Below are positions 1-10,329 of a stretch of DNA of 39,313 bases, piece after piece (within the stretch, counting starts at the first letter, position 1; each line of letters opens with the position of its first letter). Both the position numbers and the translations under genes were made by a program. The stretch comes from Rhynchopus sp. YZ270_cl-10 (lineage: Eukaryota), in the NCBI GenBank assembly GCA_964035575.1, contig OZ037840.1:1860001-1899313 (forward strand). Direction: 5' to 3'. The notes under the pieces were generated by a model. The model did no database searches, was not told the DNA's origin, and saw only the letters and a program-made list of their open reading frames with translations.

Positions 1-349
1 GGCCGTCGTCACGTTGTACACCACCATACGAGACAATCAGGTTGGGCTGGTTCTCTTTGTGGCGTGCACATTTGCTGGATTTACCCTCTGTTTCGGAAGA
101 GACTCCAAAGATGTCTGCGCACTGTCCTCTCTCTCACGCAGTGTCACCCACGTACTCTTCAAGGTCTTTAAACCCTTGGGTTTTGCAGCATCAACTCTGC
201 AGTTTTCAATACGGAGTTGCAACCGCGTGTGGTCACGTTTCTGCGTTCGTACGACCTTCCCACCATGATTGCCTCCTTCAGTGTTCTGATGTCCTCTCCT
301 ACTCCCACAACCCCACCACACAACAGAGCGACACAAAAAATAAGACAAA

Positions 350-1459
350 ATGGACGTAACCATCAAGGGGTACGACGACAACTTGTTCATGATCGAGGTG
401 GGTGTGGATGACACAACGGAGACGATGCGGCAGAAGGTGGCATCTGCAGTGGGGTTGTGCGAAGACAGCTTCCACATGGGCTTCGGAGGGAAGGACGAAG
501 GAGACGACATCACGCAGCTGAGTGTTGGAGACACAATCATCCTGACGAAAAATATGAAGTACGCAGCCCGAGCAGAGCTTCACGCGTTGGGTGAGACGGA
601 CATCACTGCAGAGCGGTTGGAGGAGGTGGAGGATCCTGAGGTGGCGTGTTTGCTTCTGCAGGCGGAGGTTGTGACTGTCATTCCGAAAGGATTCTTGTCT
701 GGTTCATCATTAACGAGACTTGATCTGAGCTCTGTGTCGTGTGTGATGGAAGTTGGTGATAGGTTTCTGAACGGTTGTACAACGTTGACAAGCATCGACC
801 TGTCAGGGTTGAGCCATGTGACGCGCATCGGTAGCTGCTTTCTCTCCGACTGCAAAGGTTTAACCACTCTGGATCTTTCGCCACTCAGCAACTTGACAGA
901 CGTCGGTGAAAGCTTTCTCAGCAGCTGCAAAGGCTTAACCACTCTGGATCTTTCAGCACTCAGCAACTTGACGCGCATCGGTAGCTGCTTTCTCTCCGAC
1001 TGCAAAGGTTTAACCACTCTGGATCTTTCGCCACTCAGCAACTTGACAGACGTCGGTGAAAGCTTTCTCAGCAGCTGCAAAGGCTTAACCACTCTGGATC
1101 TTTCGCCACTCAGCAACTTGACAGTAATCGATGGCTGCTTTCTCTACGGCTGCGAAGGCTTAACCACTCTGGATCTTTCAGCACTCAGCAACATGACCGA
1201 AAGCGGTGGTTACTTTCTTTACGACTGCAAAGGATTAACCACTCTGGATCTTTCACCACTCAGCAGGGTTAAGGTTGTTGAGTGCCCATTTCTTCCGAAC
1301 TGCACTTCGTTGAAGAGTATTTACCTTACCGGCTGCAGCAGTGCTGTGTCCAAAGCAGTAGTGAAGTGCGATCTGAGGCATCTTGTGGTTGAAGCACATC
1401 CGAAACGCAGCAGAGACGAATACCCCCAGCAAGCACACAAACGGCAGAGAGCACAATGA
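350..1459 (+). CDS. Ubiquitin-like N-terminal domain plus 25-aa BspA-like leucine-rich repeat protein (369 aa)
   Basis: Intact ATG-TGA ORF with an A-rich start context (CAAAATG). The N-terminus resembles ubiquitin (IEVGVDDTTETMRQKV...FGGK vs LEVEPSDTIENVKAKI...FAGK). About 8-9 repeats of LTTLDLSPLSNLTxxGxxFLxxCKG with a 75-bp period. Basic NLS-like C-terminus (PKRSR...KRQR). Confidence 0.9.
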   Translation: MDVTIKGYDDNLFMIEVGVDDTTETMRQKVASAVGLCEDSFHMGFGGKDEGDDITQLSVGDTIILTKNMKYAARAELHALGETDITAERLEEVEDPEVACLLLQAEVVTVIPKGFLSGSSLTRLDLSSVSCVMEVGDRFLNGCTTLTSIDLSGLSHVTRIGSCFLSDCKGLTTLDLSPLSNLTDVGESFLSSCKGLTTLDLSALSNLTRIGSCFLSDCKGLTTLDLSPLSNLTDVGESFLSSCKGLTTLDLSPLSNLTVIDGCFLYGCEGLTTLDLSALSNMTESGGYFLYDCKGLTTLDLSPLSRVKVVECPFLPNCTSLKSIYLTGCSSAVSKAVVKCDLRHLVVEAHPKRSRDEYPQQAHKRQRAQ

Positions 1460-2356
1460 CGATGAGGTGTGCTGGGGTTTCAGCCTCAGAATTAGCGAGG
1501 TTCGCGGTACCAAGTGGTGGCTCACGTGCCATTTGTGTTTGAGGAAGCCCGCTATGTAGCACAGCACCAAAAGCAAAGCAGCTGTGCCGCGGTCAACGAA
1601 AGCAGACATGGTAGCAGTTTAGTGAGGACACATCAGTTGGCAAATGTTTGTTAAACTTTAAAATGTTTTCGGGAAAAAAAAGTGTGATCTGGGTGAGGAA
1701 GCGTTCCAACTTTTTCAATATCTCACCCATTTTTTCTATTCGCGATTTTTTCCCCACCCCGTTTTTAGAATCAACAGTACATTAGATTTCATGAGGGTAG
1801 CATCGGTTTGTAATGTGGTCCACGTTTTTGTGGGAATTGTCTAGATCTTGATCACAAAGATGAAGATTTGGGCTGTGTACAATGTTTGTCTTCTTTGCCT
1901 TGTCGGGTGTGTTCACTGTATGTGAAACAACTGTGGATCTGCCGGTACGTGCTCTGATGTTTATTCAGTGTGGTGTGTTGTGGTTTTGTTACGCTTTTTA
2001 CGTTAGTTGAAGAAGGGACCTTGCGAATATTCTTTCGCAGGTGGGTACAAGCTGTCACCGTGGCAGAAAAGGCAGTAGGGCAGACAAACTACCAAAGGTG
2101 GGTCTGTGCTAGAGGGAAGGGGTTATGTTTTCAGGGTGGAACAATGTTACGCGTGTTGATAAGTGCGGACCACTTTGCTATTCGCCCCGCAAACCTCATC
2201 GCGCCTCTTTTCGAGATAAATTATGGTTTTTTCTCCCCTTTCCCTTTCCCCTTTGTTCACAGCCCGGGTCTTTCCAGGAGTGTTCTCCTCTCAGGGCCCT
2301 CAGGGTGTTTTTTTTCCTTTTTTATTTCTCCTCCCCCATTTTTTCAGACAACAAGG

Positions 2357-2393
<37 letters not shown>

Positions 2394-2517
2394 CGTCGAG
2401 CAAGGTTTTGGGGAAGCTCAGGGGCCCGCAAAGGGCGACTGCCCCGGCGCAAGCCGGGGTTGTCCCCACAGGAGCGGGTGCAGGAGCGTCCCCCTTTTTT
2501 ACTTTTTACTTTTCCGT

Positions 2518-3044
2518 TTTCAACTTACCTTCCTTCACCCCCCCTGTAAGGGCAACCGTAGGTGAAGTAAGGTATAGTATTGAAATCGATGTGGGGGGGG
2601 AGTAAAGGGTCAATTTTACAAAACCAGATTTTGAGGAAAATTTTAGCTGAAAATGGGCCCCACGTATAAGCAACCGGGCTCATATTTCTCAAAATTTAAG
2701 TGGTCAAAAAATTGTCCAATTTTCGAGATTGACCCCACCACTGCACGGGCGGAGCCCAAAAATGCAAATAAGGACCCTTTTTCAACTTACCTTCCTTCAC
2801 CCCCCCTGTAAGGGCAACCGTAGGTGAAGTAAGGTATAGTATTGAAATCGATGTGGGGGGGGAGTAAAGGGTCAATTTTACAAAACCAGATTTTGAGGAA
2901 AATTTTAGCCGAAAATGGGCCCCACGTATAAGCAACCGGGCTCATATTTCTCAAAATTTAAGTGGTCAAAAAATTGTCCAATTTTCGAGATTGACCCCAC
3001 CACTGCACGGGCGGAGCCCAAAAATGCAAATAAGGACCCTTTTT
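2518..3044. repeat. Near-perfect 262-bp tandem duplication
   Basis: CAACTTACCTTCCTTCACC starts at 2521 and 2783. I saw only one substitution between the copies (TTAGCTGAA vs TTAGCCGAA). Confidence 0.95.
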
Positions 3045-3148
3045 AATTTGTTCTCTTGAAATGTGTTATTTCATGTTTTCGCGAAAAAATAACGACTGAT
3101 CCCACAAGGGTTGAAGGAAGGTGGTTGAAAACAACAATAACAACAAGG

Positions 3149-3586
3149 ACAAGTAATTGCTAAGAAAAAAACGGGGTGTGCTGTGGAAAACCCCGCGCGA
3201 TTTTCGAAACCACCGTAGCATCCTGGCGATTTGCTGGAGGTGCTGATGTGCCTGGTGTGATCGATGTGTTGTAGTCGGTGCATTCTGTGCTTCTTCCGCA
3301 CTCCAACGACGACGACAATGTGGGGAGCCTGTGGACAAAAACGAGCTGGAACACGCCGAGCCTGCCGAGCCGACGTCCAACAACGCTATCGAGCAGATGG
3401 TGCTGGACGGAGAGGACAGCCCCCCTTCTTGAACGTTTCAGATGCTGGCGTCCCAGTGGATCTGGCAGCGTACGAAGAGCGTTAACATACCTGCAGAAGA
3501 GCAGAATGCTGGACGTGCTGTAGATTATTTCTACAGGATGGAGTTCCACATCACACCCCGTTTTTTTTCCGATAGCAATTACTTGT
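3149..3586. mobile_element. MITE-like element with ~40-bp imperfect terminal inverted repeats
   Basis: The left end ACAAGTAATTGCTA-AGAAAAAAACGGGGTGTGCTGTGGAA (3149-3188) matches the reverse complement of 3544-3586 (ACAAGTAATTGCTATCGGAAAAAAAACGGGGTGTGATGTGGAA). No clear TSD. Confidence 0.6.
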
Positions 3587-3920
3587 TTTTTTTTGTGCTG
3601 TACAGTTTTTTCTAGAAGGTAGAATGTAAATAAATTTTTTGTGAATGATTAGATGTACAGAAAACAATTTCTCTTGTCCTTTGTTTGTTTCCCACAATTT
3701 CCCACCCCCCTCACAGTTTTCTGGAGTAGCCCTGCGATTTCAGCGAATTTCACAGTGTCTCACACACCCTGTGGTGCCGGTGTTCCTTCTGCCCCGTTTG
3801 TGTTATTGTTGTTCCATTTGTTTTTCTTTTCAGTTTCTTTTCAGTGGATGATAATGTCTGTAGTCGCCCCAGTGCCTCTTAGTCATTTTCTACCCCTTAC
3901 CCTCACTTTCATCTGGAAAG

Positions 3921-3957
<37 letters not shown>

Positions 3958-3960
<3 letters not shown>

Positions 3961-4819
3961 AGGGAGACAGGGGGAATTGCTCACGTGCGAAAACTGCGCA
4001 CTCATCACCGAATGTAGTGTCCCCCACTGGTTTTGTAGTTCCTGCGAGCGCACATGGTGTGAGGGATGTGGGAGCGCCAACGCAAAGTGTGTGCTGAGGG
4101 CAAAGCCAGTTCAGCCAGTTCAGCCAGTTCAGCCGACAACATCGCAGACAGTGGGAGGTAGCTACTACAACAGCAACCCAGCTCCCCCACAGGACGCGGC
4201 AACGGAGGTGAAGGAGGAGGTTATGGATGAGGAGGATTCCGCCGACTGCGCCGACCACGACACCACCATGGACAACAACACCGCAACCGCAGCAGAATCC
4301 TTCGTCTGGGGGCCATCAGAGCAGAGCTACAACACCACACCAACAGCTCTGACTGGTGACCACCACTTGGGTTCAGCGAAGACTGGTGGATGGACGGCTA
4401 AGTCCCACGCGGAAAGAAGGACGAAGCTGACCACCCTTGGGACTTCGCGGCGGGCGCAGGGGAACCACACTCGTCGCTCCGGTGTAGTGGAGGACAGGTC
4501 TGCGGAGACCACAGCAAGGCGGCCTTCTCCCCCTATCTCGCGAGGGTCGGATGTGGAGGCGAAAGGGTTAGTCCCACACAGCCAGAAGGAAGGGGACAGG
4601 GTGCCGAGAAATGTCGAAGAGTGGGCGGACTGCTTCTTCCCCAGGGGAGGGACCAGGCGAGAGGGAATGACTCCCTTGGCACCGGAGGTGGCGTACGAGG
4701 CGCTGGACGCGTGGTGGGATCAGCGGGAGGAGCTGGGGCGCGTCGGAGGACGGCAGACGAGTCAGTACGGGGCGCTTAGGGCGGTCCTGGTGCTGATGAT
4801 GGAGGCGACCTTCAAATAG
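3958..4819 (+). CDS. Putative exon or fragment of a Cys-rich zinc-finger, low-complexity protein (possibly TE-derived)
   Basis: GC-rich open frame after a 33-nt poly-A, containing CENC..C..HWFCSSCERTWCEGC, PVQ repeats and an acidic stretch. No family recognised and the start is not defined. Confidence 0.4.
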
Positions 4820-5625
4820 AAGGGCCTCGCGATTGGTTGTGATTGTGGTTTATGTGGGCACTGTTGCCCTTCCCTTCTCTGTTATTTTCCCCCACCCCAA
4901 CTTTTGTGTGTAGCAACACCTGTTTAGTTCCCTGTTTCCTTTTTACCCCCAACCCCTCCCATTAGATACATGTGTGTAATCCCCCATCCCCCAGTGGTGT
5001 CAAGCCCCTTGTATGTAAATTCCAAATCTTCCCCCTCACAGAAAACGTCAGGAGTAAGCCAAGGAGGCGGTTTGTCTGTGGGCGTCGGCCTAGGAGTAAG
5101 CGACGGAGATTTTTTCCCCCACCCCATCCCCTACGAGTTCCATGGGGGGTCGCTACTGGCGTTAATCATCCAAACAAAAAAGACTACAAGAGACAAAACA
5201 AAAGTAACAAGAAAGGAACTTCGTATTGTAAAAAGAAAGCCCCATCCCGCCCCTTCCTCCCCTCCAGAACCAGCTGGGCACCAATACTGGAAATACAGCA
5301 AAACCACACAGACTGGACAGTCTATATTCACCCCTGCCTCTCCCGTGTTAATGTTCACCCCTCCTTTATCCCAAATTGTCATAGAGCTAAATATAGTTGT
5401 ATGCCTCGCTTCGCTCGGCAAACAACGATACATAATAGGGCGACATGCTGATGACAAATATCTCCCTCGTTAAATTCACTTTTGTGCCTCGTTCTAACTA
5501 AACCGGCACATGTACTGATTGTAAGACTTTTGGCCCTCGCTTCGCTCGGACCAAGCGCCTTTCATGTGCATTATAAACGTACCCCCCTTGCCCTGTCCAG
5601 TTTGATGTGGAACAAAAAAAAGTCG

Positions 5626-5663
<38 letters not shown>

Positions 5664-5701
5664 GAGATAAAAACTATCCCCCTCCCGTGTTATCATTCAA
5701 A

Positions 5702-5822
5702 AGCTCCACAGCTCCACAGCTCCACAGCTCCACAGCTCCACAGCTCCACAGCTCCACAGCTCCACAGCTCCACAGCTCCACAGCTCCACAGCTCCACAGC
5801 TCCACAGCTCCACAGCTCCACA
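5702..5822. repeat. (AGCTCCAC)n octamer microsatellite, ~15 copies
   Basis: Perfect tandem 8-mer read directly from the sequence. Confidence 0.97.
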
Positions 5823-5907
5823 AAGGTATCTAAGGTGCACAGGGTGCCTGAAAACCCACTGCACGAAACTCTCCCGAAACCCCCCGGAACTGGATTTTGA
5901 AGGTATC

Positions 5908-6830
5908 GGGGTTCATTTTTTTTTTAAAAAGGGGTTCATTTTTTTTTTAAAAATCCTAAAAAACCTTAGTTTTTTAGTCTTTACTATAGAGATGTGCGCC
6001 ACCCACACCACACACACTACACACCCACACACAGCACACCCACACACACCCACACACACACACACACACACCCCCTCACCACCAGAGGGGATTTGACCAA
6101 AAAATCGATTTTTTTAAATAAATAGTTGCTCATCAGAAAGTGAATTTTTTGGGCTTAACGTGTTGTTTGGGGGTATTGAGGCCCAAAAAAAAATTTTTTT
6201 TCAGTCGTGTTCAGAAATTGGACTGCCAAATGACATGTGGCATTCGGCCAAAAATCAGCTTTTTTGGTCATTTTTACCTTGTAAAACATGACACTTGTGG
6301 CATGCTTCCCAGCACAGGAAAGTGCATTGAAAAACCTGAAAAAACACATCTAATATGTGATGGTCAAAAGTGCAAGATTCCTTCGTTAATGAACTTTTTG
6401 AGTACCAGTTATACCTGGGGAATATGGTCAGATCACTCTTTTGACCATCTGTCATGTACCACAAAAACACCACTTTTTAACAGGGCACATTTCACCTGAA
6501 AAGCCAGTTCATGAAGGCATGAGTGAGGTTTTTTTGTGATGCGTTACCGTGAGCGGGCGCGCGAAGCGCGTACGCGAACGCCCCGCGGGAAGCGAATAGC
6601 TGACCGCCTGCCCAGTGCGTGAGGTGCTTACAAAAAAAACCACCTGTAAAAAAAGTGTGGTCCTCATCACGTTTCCATGGAAGTGTCACACAAGAACGAC
6701 AGGTTTTTTAGCCCGTCACCAAATGGGGTTCATTTTTTTTTTAAAAAGGGGTTCATTTTTTTTTTAAAAATGGGGTTCATTTTTTTTTTAGGGGTTCATT
6801 TTTTTTTTACAGGGGTTCATTTTTTTTTTA
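5908..6830. repeat. GGGGTTCA(T)nA minisatellite split into 5908-5954 and 6725-6830 by an inserted element
   Basis: Two units lie left and five units right of the 5955-6720 element. Confidence 0.8.
5955..6720. mobile_element. 766-bp non-autonomous element (copy A) with asymmetric inverted repeats, flanked by AAAT
   Basis: Terminal hairpin CTAAAAAAC-CTTA-GTTTTTTAG (5956-5977), a C1-3A tract, a CCCCTC/GAGGGG hairpin, and subterminal GGTTTTTTAG (6702-6711). AAAT at 5951-5954 and 6721-6724. Repeated at 7506 and 7771. Confidence 0.65.
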
Positions 6831-7505
6831 CACAAAAAACTATGTTAAGACGAAATCCTACCGATGTGCCTACATGGGGCGTCCCCCGTCAGTAGTGCGC
6901 CAGATGAGGGGCATGAAGCGAAATGCGGTGAAAGGTGCAGGCCTGTTCGCAGCAGGTCTGGAGAGTTGTGGCAACTCGTCTGCTGAGCGTGTGAAGTATC
7001 AAGGCAGAGGTTCGCTGTCCAAGTAAAACCTACCCTGGTCATCCTCTGCCTGTCTTGTCTCTGTTGTGATTGTTTGTGTTTGTGGGCGGGATCAGATGGG
7101 TGGAGGGTGTTTACTTTGTGTTTAGCTCGGAGAAGTGGCTTACCCGCCCACTCTCTGTTATTTATTCAGTGTCATTTTTTCATTCATCCCCAAAGTTTGT
7201 AGACAGAGTCAAGGCCACCTTGGCCAAAAGGGTTTTTTCACCACACTTTTCTTTTGCTTCCATTCGTGGAAGTCTTGTTTTTCTTCTGTTCCTGGCCTGA
7301 CGTGTGTTCAACAGGTGTGCTATTTTTACCAAGTGGAATCCATTTTTCTTTTTCCAGGGGAGGCACTAAAACAAACCATTCTACAGACAACAAAGCAAAG
7401 GCAATGTGTTTTTTATTCTCCCTTCCCTTCTTTTAAGTAAGGAGGATTAGGTCTTCTTTTTTTTCCTTTTTTTGCCCCAGAAGTGTGACGCCTGTGTATT
7501 CAAAT

Positions 7506-7770
7506 CCTAAAAAACCTTAGTTTTTTAGTCTTTACTATAGAGATGTGCGCCACCCACACCACACACACTACACACCCACACACAGCACACCCACACACAC
7601 ACACACACACCCCCTCACCACCAGAGGGGATTTGACCAAAAAATCGATTTTTTTAAATAAATAGTTGCTCATCCAAAAGTGAATTTTTTGGGCTTAACGT
7701 GTTGTTTGGGGGTATTGAGGCCCAAAAAAAAAATTTAAGACAGTCCTGTTCAAAAAATGGACTGCCAAAT
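7506..7770. mobile_element. Truncated copy B of the 766-bp element
   Basis: Same left end as copy A; it stops at the internal GACTGCCAAAT where copy C begins. Confidence 0.7.
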
Positions 7771-8515
7771 CCTAAAAAACCTTAGTTTTTTAGTCTTTAC
7801 TATAGAGATGTGCGCCACCCACACCACACACACTACACACCCACACACAGCACACCCACACACACCCACACACACACACACACACACCCCCTCACCACCA
7901 GAGGGGATTTGACCAAAAAATCGATTTTTTTAAATAAATAGTTGCTCATCAGAAAGTGAATTTTTTGGGCTTAACGTGTTGTTTGGGGGCATTGAGGCCC
8001 AAAAAAAAATTTTTTTTCAGTCGTGTTCAGAAAATGGACTGCCAAATGACATGTGGCATTCGGCCAAAAATCAGCTTTTTTGGTCATTTTTACCTTGTAA
8101 AACATGACACTTGTGGCATGCTTCCCAGCACAGGAAAGTGCATTGAAAAACCTGAAAAAACACATCTAATATGTGATGGTCAAAAGTGCAAGATTCCTTC
8201 GTTAATGAACTTTTTGAGTACCAGTTATACCTGGAGAATATGGTCAGATCACTCTTTTGACCATCTGGCGTTTACGACAAAAACACCACTTTTTAACAGG
8301 CCACTTTACAGGCACAAGTGAGGTTTTTTTGTACACGTTACCGTGAGCGGGCGCGCGAAGCGCGCACGCGAACGCCCCGCGGGAAGCGAATAGCTGACCG
8401 CCTGCCCAGTGTGTGAGGTGCTTACAAAAAAAACCACCTGTAAAAAAAAGTGAGGTCCTCATCACGTTTCCATGGAAGTGTCACACAAGAACGACAGGTT
8501 TTTTAGCCCGTCACC
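7771..8515. mobile_element. Near-full copy C of the 766-bp element
   Basis: High identity to 5955-6720 with a small internal deletion. AAAT at 7767-7770 and 8516-8519. Confidence 0.7.
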
Positions 8516-8520
8516 AAATG

Positions 8521-8671
8521 ACCCGCAAACCCGCAAACCCGCAAACCCGCAAACCCGCAAACCCGCAAACCCGCAAACCCGCAAACCCGCAAACCCGCAA
8601 ACCCGCAAACCCGCAAACCCGCAAACCCGCAAACCCGCAAACCCGCAAACCCGCAAACCCGCAAACCCGCA
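8521..8671 (-). repeat. (ACCCGCAA)n, i.e. the (TTGCGGGT)n array in inverted orientation, ~19 copies, truncated by the gap
   Basis: Perfect 8-mer tandem running into the N run. Confidence 0.97.
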
Positions 8672-8871
8672 NNNNNNNNNNNNNNNNNNNNNNNNNNNNN
8701 NNNNNNNNNNNNNNNNNNNNNNNNNNNNNNNNNNNNNNNNNNNNNNNNNNNNNNNNNNNNNNNNNNNNNNNNNNNNNNNNNNNNNNNNNNNNNNNNNNNN
8801 NNNNNNNNNNNNNNNNNNNNNNNNNNNNNNNNNNNNNNNNNNNNNNNNNNNNNNNNNNNNNNNNNNNNNNN
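8672..8871. other. Assembly gap (200 N)
   Basis: Run of exactly 200 N. Adjacency across it is not demonstrated. Confidence 0.99.
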
Positions 8872-9797
8872 GCAACACTAGCAGACAGTGCAGGTGTTAT
8901 AGCACTCACATTCTCCTTTTGTAACTCTCTCTCATCCTGTCCAAGCAAAATGTATGAAAGATAGTCCATTTTGCAATTGAGAGTTTTGAACCTCAGGCAG
9001 TATTGTGTGATGTGTTTCAGTAGAATATTTACCTCTGCAAACTGTGCATAGCAGTACGGACATGTTTTTTCGCAGGTTGCTGCATGTGATTTCATGTTTT
9101 TAACCTCGGTGAATTCTTCCCCACAGTGCTCACAGCAAAGTTTTCCTAAGCACGCATGATTTTCCTTCTGTGCCTGCAGAGGTGATGAAAAACTGCGCCT
9201 ACAAAGAGTACAGGCAGGTTGACATTTTTTCAGATGCTCCGTCAATTTGTGAATACGTTTGTATGTAGCATCGCAATTAGGACATTTGAAACGGCCGTCT
9301 GAAGTCTTATCCAGTTTTTGCTTCTTGGGGGGTGGCACATCAGGAGTAGAAGGTGCTTCCTGAGGAGAAGGAGTAGAAGGTGCTTCCTGAAACCCACCTG
9401 TGCAGCCCTTCTGATGATTGTGCCTCTCAAGGAAATTAGAAAACGTAATTCTGCACTTTGGACACGTTTTTTTGCATTTTTTTGAGCCTTTTTTGTGTGC
9501 TTTGAGCTGTTTATCTACTGCAAAGCTGGCACCACAGTTTTCACAAATGAAAGGTTTCTGCTCCTGCGCACTTCTTGGTTCATCATCTCCCCTCTTCCGT
9601 TTTGTACTGCATTCTACTGTTGTAGGTTCATTGCGCTCATCTTCTGTTTTTTCCTTTTCTTCATCATCCTCTCCAGTCTGTTTTTGAAAAGCTTCTGTAT
9701 CATCTTCTTCTGCCTCCTGTGTTGCTTCTTTTGTTGTCTTAGGCTTTTTGTCAGCACGCCCATCCGCAGACCCGCTCTCACTACGTTGCCTTTTCAT
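8872..9797 (-). CDS. N-terminal zinc-finger region of a second, diverged Helitron RepHel paralog (cut by the gap)
   Basis: MKRQRSESGS starts at 9797. CENCGASF..KAHKKGSKKCKKTCPKCR, FKCPNCDATYK..KLTEHLKKC and CLGKLCCEHCGEEF align motif by motif with the N-terminus of the 21240-27932 ORF. Confidence 0.85.
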
Positions 9798-9885
9798 ATT
9801 ATTTATGCCATGTGTTCCTATGCTAATGTATGTGAAGAAAGAAGGAATCTGGGAAACAATGTGAATAGAAATATTAATTCTCATT

Positions 9886-10001
9886 AAACTCTCTTTCGTT
9901 TTGGGGAAGTGTTTCCCTCTTCAGCTTATGTTGTCTTTGTATTAGCCTTCTTATTAGTGTGCCCATCATCAGATCTTTCCTCGCTTTCGTTGTCTTTTCA
10001 T
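9886..10001 (-). pseudogene. Decayed ~115-bp copy of the RepHel 5' coding start
   Basis: ATGAAAAGACAACG...TCTGATGATGGGCACAC...AAGAAGGCTAATACAAA...CCAAAACGAAAGAGAG matches 27932-27820, with frameshifts and stops. Confidence 0.75.
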
Positions 10002-10329
10002 TTTTTTTTTTGCAAAAAGTAAAGTACCCAGACCACTGTTATGTTAGTTTTGAATAGTTGTGATAAATTGCTAGAAATTGTATTGTAGAAAATATAAAAT
10101 GGTGGGTGGGAGAAAGTTTTGAGTTTTCAAGAAGGAAAATAAAAAAGTCTCACAACTAAGTTTTCAAAAAAAAATAATTAAAAAATGATCTTGAAAATTT
10201 TGACAAAAATTAAAACCAATCTGCATGTGCATTAAAAAAAGGGGAACCCATATTTTTGCGCAGGAAGAAGTAATTTGCACATTCTCTGCGATAAGAAATA
10301 CCCCCAAACGAAAAAAAAAAAATTATTCT

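Noticed and set aside
580..1116. 178-aa repetitive minus-strand ORF
   Set aside because: Antisense of the LRR repeats.
1970..2605. 211-aa, 146-aa and 108-aa Phe-rich ORFs
   Set aside because: Low-complexity T-rich non-coding sequence read through poly-T.
2361..5659. Three homopolymers of near-equal length (T33, A33, A34) as a biological signal
   Set aside because: Homopolymer length is unreliable in assemblies, and no TSDs were found.
8511..9884. 457-aa ORF as given in the track
   Set aside because: It runs through the N gap and the array. Only 9797-8872 is supported by homology.
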